From Haliotis rubra (lineage: Eukaryota): a stretch of 64,000 nucleotides of DNA. The position numbers were made by a program, and so were the translations under genes. The notes beneath the pieces are model-generated. The model searched no databases. It saw only the letters and a program-made list of their open reading frames with translations, and had not been told where the DNA came from. Positions 12,622-25,502 of this stretch are shown here, piece after piece (positions within the stretch are counted from its first letter, which is position 1; every line of letters begins with the position of its first letter). Where the stretch lies: assembly GCF_003918875.1 (NCBI RefSeq), contig NW_025767114.1:248001-312000 (forward strand), read 5' to 3'.

Positions 12622-14313
12622 CTATCGTTTACTATTATAACTGTGTTCACTGAGAGAATTAAATTCAGATAAAATTTAAGTATGTGCATGCCATGATGAC
12701 TATAGACCTACCAAACTCAACATCTTATAACAGCCAAGATTGTGTCATTTGGAAATAGATGCTTTCTATATGACTGATAGGGAACTACTCAATGCACACA
12801 ATCAATTCAAAGTCAAACTGCACTTTCATAAATTTCAGTTCTTGGAATATTGAATGGACAATTGAAACTATAAGAAAGTGTTTTGAAACATCATTAAGTA
12901 TTTGTATCCATCTTACACAATGTACAAAATTGGACAATGTACAGGACACAACCGAAGATCACAATATTACAGTTAACCATGGCAACCAAAAGTTCAACAA
13001 CGAAAACTTATTTAATAATAAATCATGTTTATCATGCAAAACTGAAAGAGAGACATTCTAAAATGAATTCCACAACTTAAAATGTAAGACAGCACTTTAC
13101 TGAAAATATTAAAATGTAAATTTAGTGGTTCTTCTAACATGTAAAATTTGAGGGGAAAATCCTATCGATGTATCATGTCATGGGACACACAATCTGCAGT
13201 CTTGCAGCTAATTATACTTACAATACTTATGTATATCACCACCCCAGTATTCTCATGTATCACATCAACAACAAAGACAAATTCCGAGCTGTGGACAGGC
13301 TGGAGAAGCATGTGTTAAAATTTTATGCATTATTAATCCAAGACAATATTGTACAGAAAACGTGTTCCCCCCAAAAGGTGACATAAATCTCCAGTTTCCA
13401 TAGCTCTGGCTATCCAAAGTCCAAAGTCTTAGTGCTAAGATGACAGGGGAAACATCACTAGATGATGTTATGGAAACAATAACCATGATTCCACCAGCAG
13501 TCTTAGAAGTAAGATTTTCTTAATTCTTATATTGTCAGTGACTTTGGATTAATGAAACATTTAACAGTATTCTATTTAAATCTGGATAACATAACATGCA
13601 CAATCTGGTTAGTGGCTTCTCACGATAAGCATACAACTAGAAATCCCTTGCCCTTCAACCCTGTGCATCAATAACTTTTTCATTACATAAACTCAGAATT
13701 TGTCCTTTAGATACATCACCACAAAGGCAAACTACACATGTTCAAACCAGGCAGTGTTTTATCTTTAAAAGCTCACTGGAAATCTGTACTTAGTTAAGAA
13801 CAACTAAAACTGCTGCTTTCTTTGCAAAATAATATCATCACTGCGAACAAAATCAGAAATAAAACAAATGGCCATTATAATCATCTGCCAATGAGGCAGA
13901 AACACAATACTATGACGAATTTAAAGACATTGGTTTGATTTGACAGTATCACAATTTTGATCTGTACAATATCACACAAAAATAAACACAAAATGTACAC
14001 TGTTTCTCTACACAATGCACCGAGCTCCACTTTGGCACCGACATGCTGATGAAATGACAATGTATGAACTCACCACCTCTAATACCCATGAGGAATCATT
14101 TCAATAATGCAATTAGAAATACCTCAATTGATAGTCTTGAACTACAATAGAAATATTCACATTGCCATGAGCTAAGAAGAACTATGCTACTCACATGAGA
14201 TCAAAAAGCAAAATAACCTAAAGCCTTAACCTAAGAAATGTTTTCAACCACCCAAAGCCTAAATTCAAGAAATGTTCTCAACCGCTTAAAGCCTAAATTC
14301 AAGAAATGTGATT

Positions 14314-14993
14314 CTAACCTGGATATCAGTGACACTAACCTGGGTATCAGTGACACTAACCTGGGTATCACTGACTCTAACCTGGGTATCAGTGATGCTA
14401 ACCTGGGTATCAGTGACACTAACCTGGGTATCAGTGACTCTAACCTGGGTATCAGTGATGCTAACCTGGGTATCAGTGACACTAACCTGGGTATCAGTGA
14501 CACTAACCTGGGTATCAGTGACACTAACCTGGGTATCAGTGACTCTAACCTGGGTATCAGTGATGCTAACCTGGGTATCAGTGACACTAACCTGGGTATC
14601 ACTGACTCTAACCTGGGTATCAGTGACACTAACCTGGGTATCATTAACTCTAAGCTGGGTATCAGTGACACTAACCTGGGTATCAGTGACACTAACCTGG
14701 GTATCAGTGACACTAACCTGGGTATCACTGACTCTAACCTGGGTATCAGTGATGCTAACCTGGGTATCAGTGACACTAACCTGGGTATCAGTGATACTAA
14801 CCTGGGTATCAGTGACGCTAACCTGGGTATGACTCTAACCTGGGTATCAGTGATGCTAACCTGGGTATCAGTGACACTAACCTGGGTATCAGTGACACTA
14901 ACCTGGGTATCAGTGACTCTAACCTGGGTATCAGTGATGCTAACCTGGGTATCAGTGACTCTAACCTGGGTATCAGTGACTCTAACCTGGGTA
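14314..14993. repeat. 21-bp minisatellite (CTAACCTGGGTATCAGTGACA)n, ~32 copies
   Basis: Direct tandem periodicity; explains ORFs 14231-15250. Confidence 0.97.
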
Positions 14994-15456
14994 TTAGGGG
15001 TGGATGACAATGAGGGAATGATGCTGGAGTAGACAGGAGTGTTTACATGAGTTGTAGACATAAATACCATGAATATACACAGTAGGGGCTGAATATCATG
15101 AACATTCACAGTAGGTGATGAATAAATAGCGACTGTATGCATTACATCCATGAGATCATATTGATCAAGTGAGTATGTGTAACTGCAGATAACATTGATA
15201 TGGTACGACTGTTGAAGACTGACATTGTCCGATGTGTAAACATGTGGCAACAGGGCATGGCAACACGTGGCATCAGGTTAAACACTGCATGGAATACTGA
15301 TCATGGAAGGCAACCAATATGCCAGTCTGTGATTGGTTCTTGGCTAAAACAGTCTTTTCAGAAAAGTGTTACTTTCCGTTTTCTAAAATGTTGATTACAT
15401 TTTACAATTATCGGTGGTTGATCTTCAGTTGAACTGACCATGGATGCTACCTCAGT

Positions 15457-16120
15457 ATGAATGACAGGTATCTGATACACTGCACAAGTATCAATACTGG
15501 TACCATCAATATGACTGACAGGTATCTGATATACTGCACAAGTATCAATACTGGTACCCTCAATATGACTGACAGGTATCTGATATACTGCACAAGTATC
15601 AATACTGGTACCCTCAATATGACTGACAGGTATATGATATACTGCACAAGTATCAATACTGGTACCCTCAATATGACTGACAGGTATCTGAGATACTGCA
15701 CAAGTATCAATACTGGTACCCTCAATATGACTGACAGGTATCTGATACACTGCACAAGTATCAATACTGGTACCCTCAATATGACTGACAGGTATCTGAT
15801 ATACTGCACAAGTATCAATACTGGTACCATCAATATGACTGACAGGTATCTGATATACTGCACAAGTATCAATACTGGTACCATCAATATCACTGACAGG
15901 TATATGATATACTGCACAAGTATCAATACTGGTACCCTCAATATGACTGACAGGTATCTGATATACTGCACAAGTATCAATACTGGTACCCTCAATATGA
16001 CTGACAGGTATCTGAGATACTGCACAAGTATCAATACTGGTACAATCAATACTGGTACAATCAATATGACTGACAGGTATCTGATACACTACACAAGTAT
16101 CAATACTGGTACCCTGACTG
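15457..16120. repeat. 54-bp minisatellite, ~12 copies
   Basis: Unit ATGACTGACAGGTATCTGATATACTGCACAAGTATCAATACTGGTACCCTCAAT. Confidence 0.97.
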
Positions 16121-16876
16121 AAAAGTATCTTACGGTATATACTGCAAAGCATACTGGTCCCTGCATGTATTCATTGACTGGGAACAAGGCCCAACATTGC
16201 TTTATTGCCACAAGTTAAAACATATTTGTGGAAGTCATATGAAAATCAACCAAACTGGTCAGAAGTATGAAGGTCAGGAACCAATCACAAATTCAGCACA
16301 AATCTGAAATCCATTTGATCTATACTGGCCTTTTGCAAGAAATGGATGCTTTGTAAATGAACACACTTTGGACCAAGCCAGTATTTGAGAATTTACAGTA
16401 CAGGTAAGTGAATAAAGCAAAACTAAAAATGATTGGCAGTTAATTGTTTCATGGAAGTTACAAATTTGACCGGGTTTGACAAATACAAAAACAATATCTT
16501 CAAAGTATCAAAATAACAAATATGTTTATGCTGTCTGTTTCAGCCATTGAACATCTTGTACAATGATATAATCCACAATTATATTGGCATACACAATAAC
16601 AAGCATGAAACAAAGACACATTATATGAAACACAATATAACAGTTTACTGGTGACAGCAATGACATCACTACTAGTTTGACTCCACATTGGGTAGAAATA
16701 CATAAAAACACTCCCAATTTTGAACCAAATCTGTTTACCCCATGCTTCTGAGAAATTGTTAAACCTTTAATGTCGGGTTTAATAGTATGCAGTGCAACTT
16801 TTAAAAGCTGTTCTCTGGGATTCTGCAGTGTTTGGAAGGCTCCTGGTGTTTATATTATTGGGGTGGGAGGTCGTTA

Positions 16877-17043
16877 GTGGGTAGATAGCCTAGTGGGTAA
16901 AGTGTTGACTCGTCAGGCCGAAAACCCGGGTTCGATTCCCCACATGAGTACAATGTGTGGAGCCCATTTCTGGTGTCCCCCGCAGTGATGTTGCTGGAAT
17001 ATTGCTAAAAGCAGCGTAAAACCAAACTCACTCACTCACTCAC
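16877..17043 (+). mobile_element. tRNA-SINE family A, antisense within the putative DCP1 3'UTR
   Basis: tagcctagtgg, ggttcgattcc and (actc)n tail on the plus strand. Confidence 0.9.
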
Positions 17044-17953
17044 AGATTTTGGCTCTGTCAAATCACATCCAATCACCAGGTAAACAGTCCTCTATCGTCA
17101 CATCTTATCGCTGAGTAATGCTATGTGTCAGAAACACTGCAAATCTGTCAAATACTGTCTTGATTTATCATGGTACTAATTTCAAACCCTGGAATGATAT
17201 GCTAACATTTTCACCCTAATCGGACAGAAATATGCCAATGTTTTAGCCTTTAAACAATAACATGATTATTTAACAAAAGTTGGGAACGAAGTCATGCTCA
17301 AACTCTATTTAAGTGAGAGAGTGATTTGTGGCACTTGTGATGACTGGGGCCCCAAATTGAGATTGGAATCATCCCAAAATGTCCATTTGTAAGATATTTG
17401 TCAAATATTCGACTGGTTACAACTTTACATACAATAATGAGCTCGATCTAATTGATAGCTTAGTGTGAAATTGTACATGAATGGAAAATCTATGTTGGAC
17501 ATGTTATTATGACATAGCAAAACGGTTTAAATATGACTGACTGTGGAATATTGAGCAATATCGGACTAGGACATTATCAGCAAGACTGTACCACCTCTGT
17601 GGCAGGGAACAATACACCTTGAAAATAAATACCAACCAACGTATCTCTGAAAGCTAAACTTGGTTTACATGGCTTCAGGTAAATCTGACATACAATCTTT
17701 GACTATGAGAAGGTATATTGCACAAGCAGTGTATTCAGTATTGTCTGAGACCATTGCTCAGTGTAAACCAGCCAAGCGAAATGTTCTCTCATCGTACATC
17801 ATGGTAACCACTCATAAAATCCTGCATCATTCTCCTCAGTCCATACATAACATTGGCCATTGCGTCAGAGATATTCTCCTCTGTGACCTCCTCCTCCATT
17901 TCTCCAGAAGGAGAGTCTTTAAATGCAGGAACATCAGAAGGAAATGACTCCTG

Positions 17954-18031
17954 CTACGACTTATGACCAGCCAAAGTCTTGAAGCTCTTCAGATATGCCT
18001 CATGAACGGTTGACACAAAAGTGTTGTCATT
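17954..18031 (-). CDS. DCP1: DCP1 last coding exon, end of trimerisation domain and stop
   Basis: NDNTFVSTVHEAYLKSFKTLAGHKS* fits NDxxFxxxxHExYL. Acceptor tttcag, TAG at 17954-17956. Confidence 0.93.
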   Translation of the reverse strand, partial: NDNTFVSTVHEAYLKSFKTLAGHKS

Positions 18032-18236
18032 CTGAAACAAAAAAATTACTGAGTGAGTGATGATGGCTCAAAGACTTACGTTATGGATGCCTACCACTGT
18101 GACACAAACATGAGAATAGAAAACTGCTGACAGAAATAGTAAAGTAAACTGACTTAAACCCATGAACAGTCGAACCTTTTAAACCAATAAACTTGGATAT
18201 GACCAAGTGTGACAGAGCCCAGTGTTACATAACCTG

Positions 18237-19600
18237 CCTGGCATGATATATCCTGGTGTTATATATCCTGAAGTGATATACCAAAGCGTGATATACCCTG
18301 GTCAAACACACCCTGGCATGATATAACCTAGTGTTATATATCCTGAAGTAATATACCTAAGCGTGATATATCCTGGTCAAACATACCCTGGCATGATATA
18401 ACCTAGTGTTATATATCCTGAAGTGATATACCAAAGCGTGATATACCCTGGTCAAACACACCCTGGCATGATATAACCTAGTGTTATATATCCTGAAGCA
18501 ATATACCTAAGTGTGATATACCCTGGTCAAACACATCCTGGCATGATATAACCTATTGTTATATATCCTGAAGTAATATACCTAAGCGTGATATATCCTG
18601 GTCAAACACACCCTGGCATGATATAACCTAGTGTTATATATCCTGAAGTGATATACCCTGGTCAAACACATCGCGTGGCATGATATATCCTGGTGTTATA
18701 TATCCAGGGATAAACCCTATCAAACCTGGTGTGTACTATATCCTGAAGTGATATACCATAGTGTGATATACCCTGGCATGATATATCCTGGTGTTATATA
18801 TCCTGAAGGGATAAACCCTAGTCAAACATACATTGTCATGATATATCCTGGTGTACTATATCCTGAAGTGATATACCATAGTGTGATATACCCTGTTCAA
18901 ACATACCCTGGCATGATATATCCTGGTGTTATATATCCTGATGGGATAAACCCTAGTCAAACATACATTGTCATGATATATCCTGGTGTACTATATCCTG
19001 GTGATACTATATCCTGAAGTGATATACCACCCTAGTGTGATATCCTGGTGTACCCTGATATCAAACATACCCTGTTCAAACATACCCTGGCATGATATAT
19101 CCTGGTGTTATATATCCTGAAGGGATAAACCCTAGTCAAACATACATTGTCATGATATATCCTGGTGTACTATATCCTGAAGTGATATGCCATAGTGTGA
19201 TATACCCTGGTCAAACATACCCTGGCATGATATATCCTGGTGTTATATATCCTGAAGGGATAAACCCTAGTCAAACATACATTGTCATGATATATCCTGG
19301 TGTACTATATCCTGAAGTGATATACCATAGTGTGATATACCCTGTTCAAACATACCCTGGCATGATATATCATGGTGTTATATATCCTGAAGGGATATAC
19401 CAAAGTGTGATATACCCTGATCAAACATACCTGGCATGATATATCCTGGTGTTAAATATCCTGAAATGATATACCAATGTGTGATATGGTCAAACATACC
19501 CTGGCATGATATATCCTGGTGTTATATATCCTGAAGTGATATACCATAGTGTGATATACCCTAGTCAAACATACCCTTGTGTTATATAACCTGGTGTCAT
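18237..19600. repeat. 15-bp-based minisatellite with 75/150-bp higher-order units
   Basis: Variants of CCTGGTGTGATATAT in tandem. Confidence 0.93.
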
Positions 19601-19974
19601 AAACAAGCAGCCAAGGAAGGCAACTCTACACAGACAGCGGCAAAGCTTGAAGTCACTGGATTACCAAAGGACCTTTTATTAATATTACAGCAATAACACA
19701 ACGTTGGACATCAGAAAGTTGGCTCAAAAGTTTGGAATTGAACCTGGTCCTTGGGCGTGACAATAAAACGTCTTACTTGGCTACTCGATACCCTATTTTA
19801 TATCTGATTCTATAAGGACATGTAGGACAAAATCAAACATGTACAAGAAGAAGATTAAGATTCTGTCACCAATAGAAATGACAGCAGATGAAGTTCTTCC
19901 ACAAATCTACATGTGGGATGATCCTTGTCATGCTACAGTTGCCTTATGAAACAGGACACAGAATTCAGCTGTAC

Positions 19975-20084
19975 CTTAATGAGATAAAGCAGAGCTTGTT
20001 GTAACTGATCTTTGGTGAGTGGTGAGTGAGTGATGGCAGCCGACTGCTCCGGTTCCGAGCTGTCACTCTGGGTGCGGTCCAGAG
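19975..20084 (-). CDS. DCP1: DCP1 coding exon, first half of trimerisation domain
   Basis: ALDRTQSDSSEPEQSAAITHSPLTKDQLQQALLYLIK fits the DCP1 C-terminal LxKxQLQxxLIxLIK pattern. Acceptor tttcag, donor gtacag, 110 nt, phase 1 to 0. Confidence 0.93.
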
Positions 20085-20210
20085 CTGAAACAAGCATACA
20101 AGTATTTACACAGGAGATACATGATTTACTGATATATCTGTGGTGTAATATAGCCCTGTGTGATGTACCTATACTTTGACACGGCCAAGTGTGATTGAGC
20201 CCAGTGTTAC

Positions 20211-20993
20211 ATACCCTGTCTGGTATGATATATCCTGCTGTGACACACCCTAGAGTGATAAACACTGGTGATATATACCCTGGTGTGATATATCCTCATG
20301 GGATAAATCCTGGTATGATATATCCTGCTGTGACACACCCTAGAGTGATAAACACTGGTGATATATACCCTGGTGTGATATATTCTCATGGGATAAATCC
20401 TGGTATGATATATCCTGCTGTGACACACCCTAGAGTGATAAAAACTGGTGATATATACCCTGGTGTGATATATTCTCATGGGATAAATCCTGGTATGATA
20501 TATCCTGTGACACACCCTAGAGTGATAATCACTAATGCGATAATATATAGTGTGATATATACCCTGGATATGATGATATCCTGGTATGATATATCCTGTG
20601 CTGTGACACACCCTAGAGTGATAAACACTGGTGATATATACCCTGGTGTGATATATTCTCATCATTCTGCTGTGACACACCCTAGTGTGATAAATCCTGG
20701 TATGATATATCCTGCTGTGACACACCCTAGAGTGATAAACACTGGTGATATATACCCTGGTGTGATATATTCTCATGCGATAAATCATGATATATCCTGC
20801 TGTGACACACCCTAGAGTGATAAACACTGGTGTGATATATTCTCATGATAATATATATTCTGCTGTGACACACCCTAGTGTGATATACACTGGTGATATA
20901 TACCCTGGTGTGATATATTCTCATGCGATAAATCCTGGTATGATATATCCTGCTGTGACACACCCTAGAGTGATAAAAACTGGTGATACACTG
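20211..20993. repeat. 15-bp-based minisatellite with a 120-bp higher-order unit
   Basis: Same monomer family as 18237-19600, with a 120-bp period at 20221, 20341-equivalent and 20401 blocks. Confidence 0.9.
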
Positions 20994-21147
20994 GTACTTT
21001 TCCTCTTGTCACGTGATACAGCTTGATCTCTTATAACCCAGCGGGTAGCCAACACTTGGGTGATATACGTGGTAGAATACCATTAATACAAGATATCATA
21101 CGACTGTATCTATAGTTGTAATGTATAAGATTGACTGGTGTACCTAC

Positions 21148-21289
21148 CTGCTGGCTGCTGTGTGGTGGGGGTGGTAGGGAGCGGGGGACTTTTCCTCTTG
21201 TCATGTGATGACGAGAATGCCATGGGAGACAGGAGCACATCGGGACACGACACTGATGAGGATGGGAGTATACCAACATCACCGGACAT
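21148..21289 (-). CDS. DCP1: DCP1 coding exon (LLSPMAF motif)
   Basis: MSGDVGILPSSSVSCPDVLLSPMAFSSSHDKRKSPPLPTTPTTQQPA. Acceptor tttgtag, donor gtaggt, 142 nt, phase 0 to 1. Confidence 0.85.
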
Positions 21290-22225
21290 CTACAAAGACG
21301 AAGCAAGACACATAGCTCTTATTGATACTTCACAAATGAAGCTTCCCTTATTAAATTGAACTGTCATTAAATATCATAGTTACAGAGAAACTAAGTTTCA
21401 TCAATTGAAGCACTGTGTGGCAGTTCATACTTTGATGTGATGATGAAATAAATAATACGCTGATCTTGGTGGCAAAATAGAGCAAATTTCTGTAACCAAA
21501 ATAATGATAAAAATCAACTGAGAAAATATTATTCAAAACCCCAGTCTACTGAACATGACTATTTGATGTAAATTGTATACATATAATTACTTGTAACAGT
21601 ATAATTATATATACGCAAATATTTACCTCCAAAAGCATCTTATCTCTTTATTTTTTGTTAATTAACTGATAAAATAACAAAACAATATGCTGCAATCCAA
21701 TTCGTTCCACATATATAGTAGCTGGGACATTTTTGGGGTATCCATTTTGAAACCGGATGGTGAAACCATTCACTCGTATATAAAAATAGAATTTAGTTTC
21801 ACTTTGAAACGATGTATCCGAAACTAGACACTTGTTTATGACAAGAGAAACCAATTTCGCAATAATCGAACAGGCCCTAAGACAACAATGAATGAGAACC
21901 ATCAACTGCTCTTGGAGTTACTTCCCTTTGAAAAGACTTCTGTACACCGAAGATCAGTTTTAATAATCTTTAACTTTCAAAACAGTTTAACCATGTAAAG
22001 AGTTAAATTAAAGTTTAATATATGATAATTTCTGTATGTTAGGGTACATATTTTGTTTTAAATAGTGTCATTGCACCTGGATGAAAATAGTTTGCAATTC
22101 TGCAAAGTTCCACTGCATGAGTGACAAAGTTGTGTTAAATGCCACCTGTGACTGTATTTCAGTTAAATCACAGAATGCCTTCATTGATGAAGAAACACCT
22201 ATCCACTGTATGCAGGTTTTATTAC

Positions 22226-22625
22226 CAGAGTAGATGGCAGCATGGATACACTGTGAGCCAGTCCGGTCCCTCCCTGCTCGATGTCGCTGGGTTTCAGCAG
22301 CGGGGCATCCCCAGACATAGTGACGTCACCTGCCTTGGCTCCTGGCTGTGCGGCACCCCCAGGGGGCTGGGGCTTGGTCCTGGGGACCAGCAGCTGATGA
22401 AGCCCTGCCATGAGGGGCTTGTGAAGGAGGGGGTCCTGCATGGGGATGGGGGAGGTGCCGTCGGGTTTCAAGGAGTCACATCCTTCTGATCTTGGTCTTT
22501 CAAGGATGTTGTGGCTGATCTGCTGCCGTTCGATCTCCTCCACCGTCTGTCCTGTTGAGATGAGTTTCTGCAGCATCGGGGGAAGCTTGTCCTTGTGAGA
22601 TTCTGTCTCCACCATGGAGATTGAC
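22226..22625 (-). CDS. DCP1: DCP1 coding exon, proline-rich low-complexity region
   Basis: GC-rich 400-nt open frame SISMVETESHKDKLPPMLQKLISTGQTVEEIERQQ...MLPSTL. Acceptor ctgcag, donor gtaata, phase 2 to 0. Confidence 0.88.
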
Positions 22626-22734
22626 CTGCAGTACAACAGTCACTGTGAGCCTCATGACTCAACAACACGACATTAACGTAGCCTCATGACTCAACAACAC
22701 GACATTAACGTAGGAGATAAACAGATCAATTTGA

Positions 22735-22972
22735 GTGAGAGAGTGAGTGAGCATTGTTTAACGCTGCTTTAAGCAATATTCCAGCAATATCACGGCAGGG
22801 GACTCCAGAAATGGGCTTCACACATTGTACCCATATGGGGAAACGAACCCGGGTCTCCCCCGCCGTGATATTGCTGGAATATTGCTAAAAACGGCATAAA
22901 ACCATACTCACTCACTCACTCACTTCAGCATGACGAGCAGACACTTTAACCATTAGGCTACCCCACCGCCCC
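22735..22972 (-). mobile_element. SINE family A containing an oppositely oriented SINE 3' fragment (~22857-22924)
   Basis: The SINE is split at cgggtct|tcagcatg. It has a 12-bp TSD agat(c/t)aatttga. Confidence 0.85.
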
Positions 22973-23090
22973 TAGATTAATTTGAACAATATCAATTCTA
23001 ATTCCTCACAACTCCAAGCTTGGCCTTATGGTAATACACACTTTCCAGAAAGAGTATAATTGTCATGATCCCATTTTGAAAATAATCTAC

Positions 23091-23262
23091 CTTTGTAACA
23101 CTGAGGGCTTGGTGACATCTGGAAGTTCAGCGGTAGAGGCATCCACCATTCCTCCCCGCTGTTGGCTAATACTGGCCTTACGGAACAACGCCTCCAGCGT
23201 CATTGGTCCTGAAGAATCAGATGCAGGCTGGGATAGGTTACCTGACACGATTGCAGGCATTT
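23091..23262 (-). CDS. DCP1: DCP1 coding exon (LxxLF helix)
   Basis: (E)MPAIVSGNLSQPASDSSGPMTLEALFRKASISQQ...PSVLQ(R). Pyrimidine tract ccttctccttcag, donor gtagat, 172 nt, phase 1 to 2. Confidence 0.85.
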
Positions 23263-23481
23263 CTGAAGGAGAAGGATATGGCCTTGAATTAAAACAAACA
23301 ATTAAACAAGTTGTTGTAAAATAAGGCTTTATGTCGTGTTCAAGATTAAATTCATGTGCATGACAATCCCAGTGGTCCAAACAACAGACCTTCAGCTTTC
23401 CTGGGAACAACTACACTACTACATAGAAGGGTATCGAGAGAATCTATTTAGTTGAGCGTATTAATCATTTTGTGTTGACAC

Positions 23482-23926
23482 TAAGGCTGCAACGATTCAC
23501 TCGCATATTCGGTGAATCGAACCGAAGCCCTTCATGAATTCAATTCGTTATTCGTGGTCACCAGAACCGAATATTAACGAATATTTACGATTTTTTTAAG
23601 GGAGCATGTTTTACTTGAACCCTTGTGTACTTTTGGAAAGTGAGATATGCAAGGATTGAATATGTACTAGCATTGCAGTAGCGCAAGTGATGTTAGTTTG
23701 CCAAGGCCGTACAGGTACTGTCGACTATAACTATTACATACCAAATTTGAGTGTCATGAGATCACTGGTTATTGCTGTGACAAATCAAAACTGTCAACAT
23801 GGGTGTTCATATTGTAAATCAATCACTTAACTACAATACTGTATTCTTGAATAATTATTTGTATTCGTTACCCAATATTCATGATACGTATCATATTCAC
23901 CACATAGTGTATTCGTTGCAGCCCTA
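23482..23926. mobile_element. hAT MITE
   Basis: TIRs taaggctgcaacga / tcgttgcagcccta and perfect 8-bp TSD gttgacac. Confidence 0.9.
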
Positions 23927-24328
23927 GTTGACACATTCTATGTTTCATCAGTACAAGGATGTTAGTACCTGAATTTGATACAAACAACACCTGAGTGGGA
24001 TATAGCACAAGATTTAGCATTCCAGAGGATTTGAACATGATTCTGAAATCAAAGCAATAGTGATTTGTTGGAAATCTAAAGCCACAAAGAGTAGCTTCCC
24101 TTAGATCCAGTTCCTTGTACACCTACTTCTACAGTCCTTGCATGTTTGAGTTTGTGTCTTCAACTCAACTCGGTATTTGAATTGCCCTCAATATTTATTT
24201 CAAAAGAGCCCTGAAGATATGGGTTAGAATTGATCTTCAGCAACCCATACATGTCTGAACAGGCCACTAATGGGATTGGGTGGTCAGATGGCATTATATA
24301 GCTGTAAAATAGAGTGTGGGGTTGAACA

Positions 24329-24900
24329 AACAAGAAGACAAAGTCATCAATATCCCCCGCAATGGCAAAATACTCTTCATGATTATGTCTACAAGTTATG
24401 ATTATGTCAAATATTTAGGTGTGTATATAGAAAAGTGGAAGGAGAGCATTGAAAGGTTTTTAAAGTTCTGCTCCAGAAAGGAGCACTATCACCAATTTCA
24501 GTCTATGTCAAACTTGTTGCCATGGAAAATGCCAAAAATATTTTATTCAGAATTCCAAAACTACCAAAAGGCACCAGTACACCACCAGATCTATCTATGT
24601 GCCAAGTTTGGTGAAGAAACATTGAACGGTTTTAGAGTTCTGCTCCGGAAAAGAGCACTACCACCAATTTCAGTCTAAGTCAAACTTGTTGCCATGGAAA
24701 TGCCAAAAATATTTTATTCAGAATTCCAAAACTACCAAAAGGCACCAGTACACCACCAGATCTATCTATGTGCCAAGTTTGGTGAAGAAATAGTGAAGCG
24801 GTTTTAGAGTTCTGCTCGGAGGAAGAAAGACAAATGTGCGACGGACGAACGGACGCACGGATGGAGTCCATTTTAATACCCCCTGCAACGCGATAACAAA
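24329..24900 (+). mobile_element. Non-autonomous Helentron/pearl-like element with internal tandem repeats
   Basis: Starts aacaag, contains about two ~175-bp direct repeats (24450-24820), then a (GGAC)n-like microsatellite and a decayed taccccc hairpin. This layout is typical of mollusc HINE-like elements. Confidence 0.55.
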
Positions 24901-25084
24901 AGAAGATTTGCCAAAATAACTATTGTTGCAAGGAAAGGCGACCCAAAGTGTGAACAACATTTCAATTGTTCATGTCTATGTTAAACAAAACTAATAGATA
25001 CGTTTTCCCATATACTGCAATATACATCACAACAGATTAGCAAGTATTGCAAGGCAGGGTGCAATTTTGTGTTTTGTCAATACC

Positions 25085-25328
25085 NNNNNNNNNNNNNNNN
25101 NNNNNNNNNNNNNNNNNNNNNNNNNNNNNNNNNNNNNNNNNNNNNNNNNNNNNNNNNNNNNNNNNNNNNNNNNNNNNNNNNNNNNNNNNNNNNNNNNNNN
25201 NNNNNNNNNNNNNNNNNNNNNNNNNNNNNNNNNNNNNNNNNNNNNNNNNNNNNNNNNNNNNNNNNNNNNNNNNNNNNNNNNNNNNNNNNNNNNNNNNNNN
25301 NNNNNNNNNNNNNNNNNNNNNNNNNNNN
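25085..25328. other. Assembly gap (244 N)
   Basis: Run of N. Confidence 1.
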
Positions 25329-25502
25329 GAGTGAGAGTGAGAGAGTGAGTGGTGAGGTGAGTGGTGGTGAGTGAGTGGTGAGTGAGTGAGTGAGTGAGTG
25401 AGTGAGTGAGTGAGTGAGCAGTGAGGTGGTGAGTGGAGTGTGAGTGAGTGAGGAGTGGAGGTGAGTGGTGAGTGAGTGAGTGAGTGAGTGAGTGAGGAGT
25501 GA
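25329..25502. repeat. Imperfect (GAGT)n microsatellite abutting the gap
   Basis: Direct observation. Confidence 0.95.

Noticed and set aside
14231-16218. Long repetitive ORFs (339, 264, 253, 205 aa)
   Set aside because: By-products of 21- and 54-bp minisatellites, open in several frames on both strands, with no splice or domain support.
18748-20963. IYPG-repeat and His/Tyr-rich ORFs
   Set aside because: Translations of the 15-bp intronic minisatellites.
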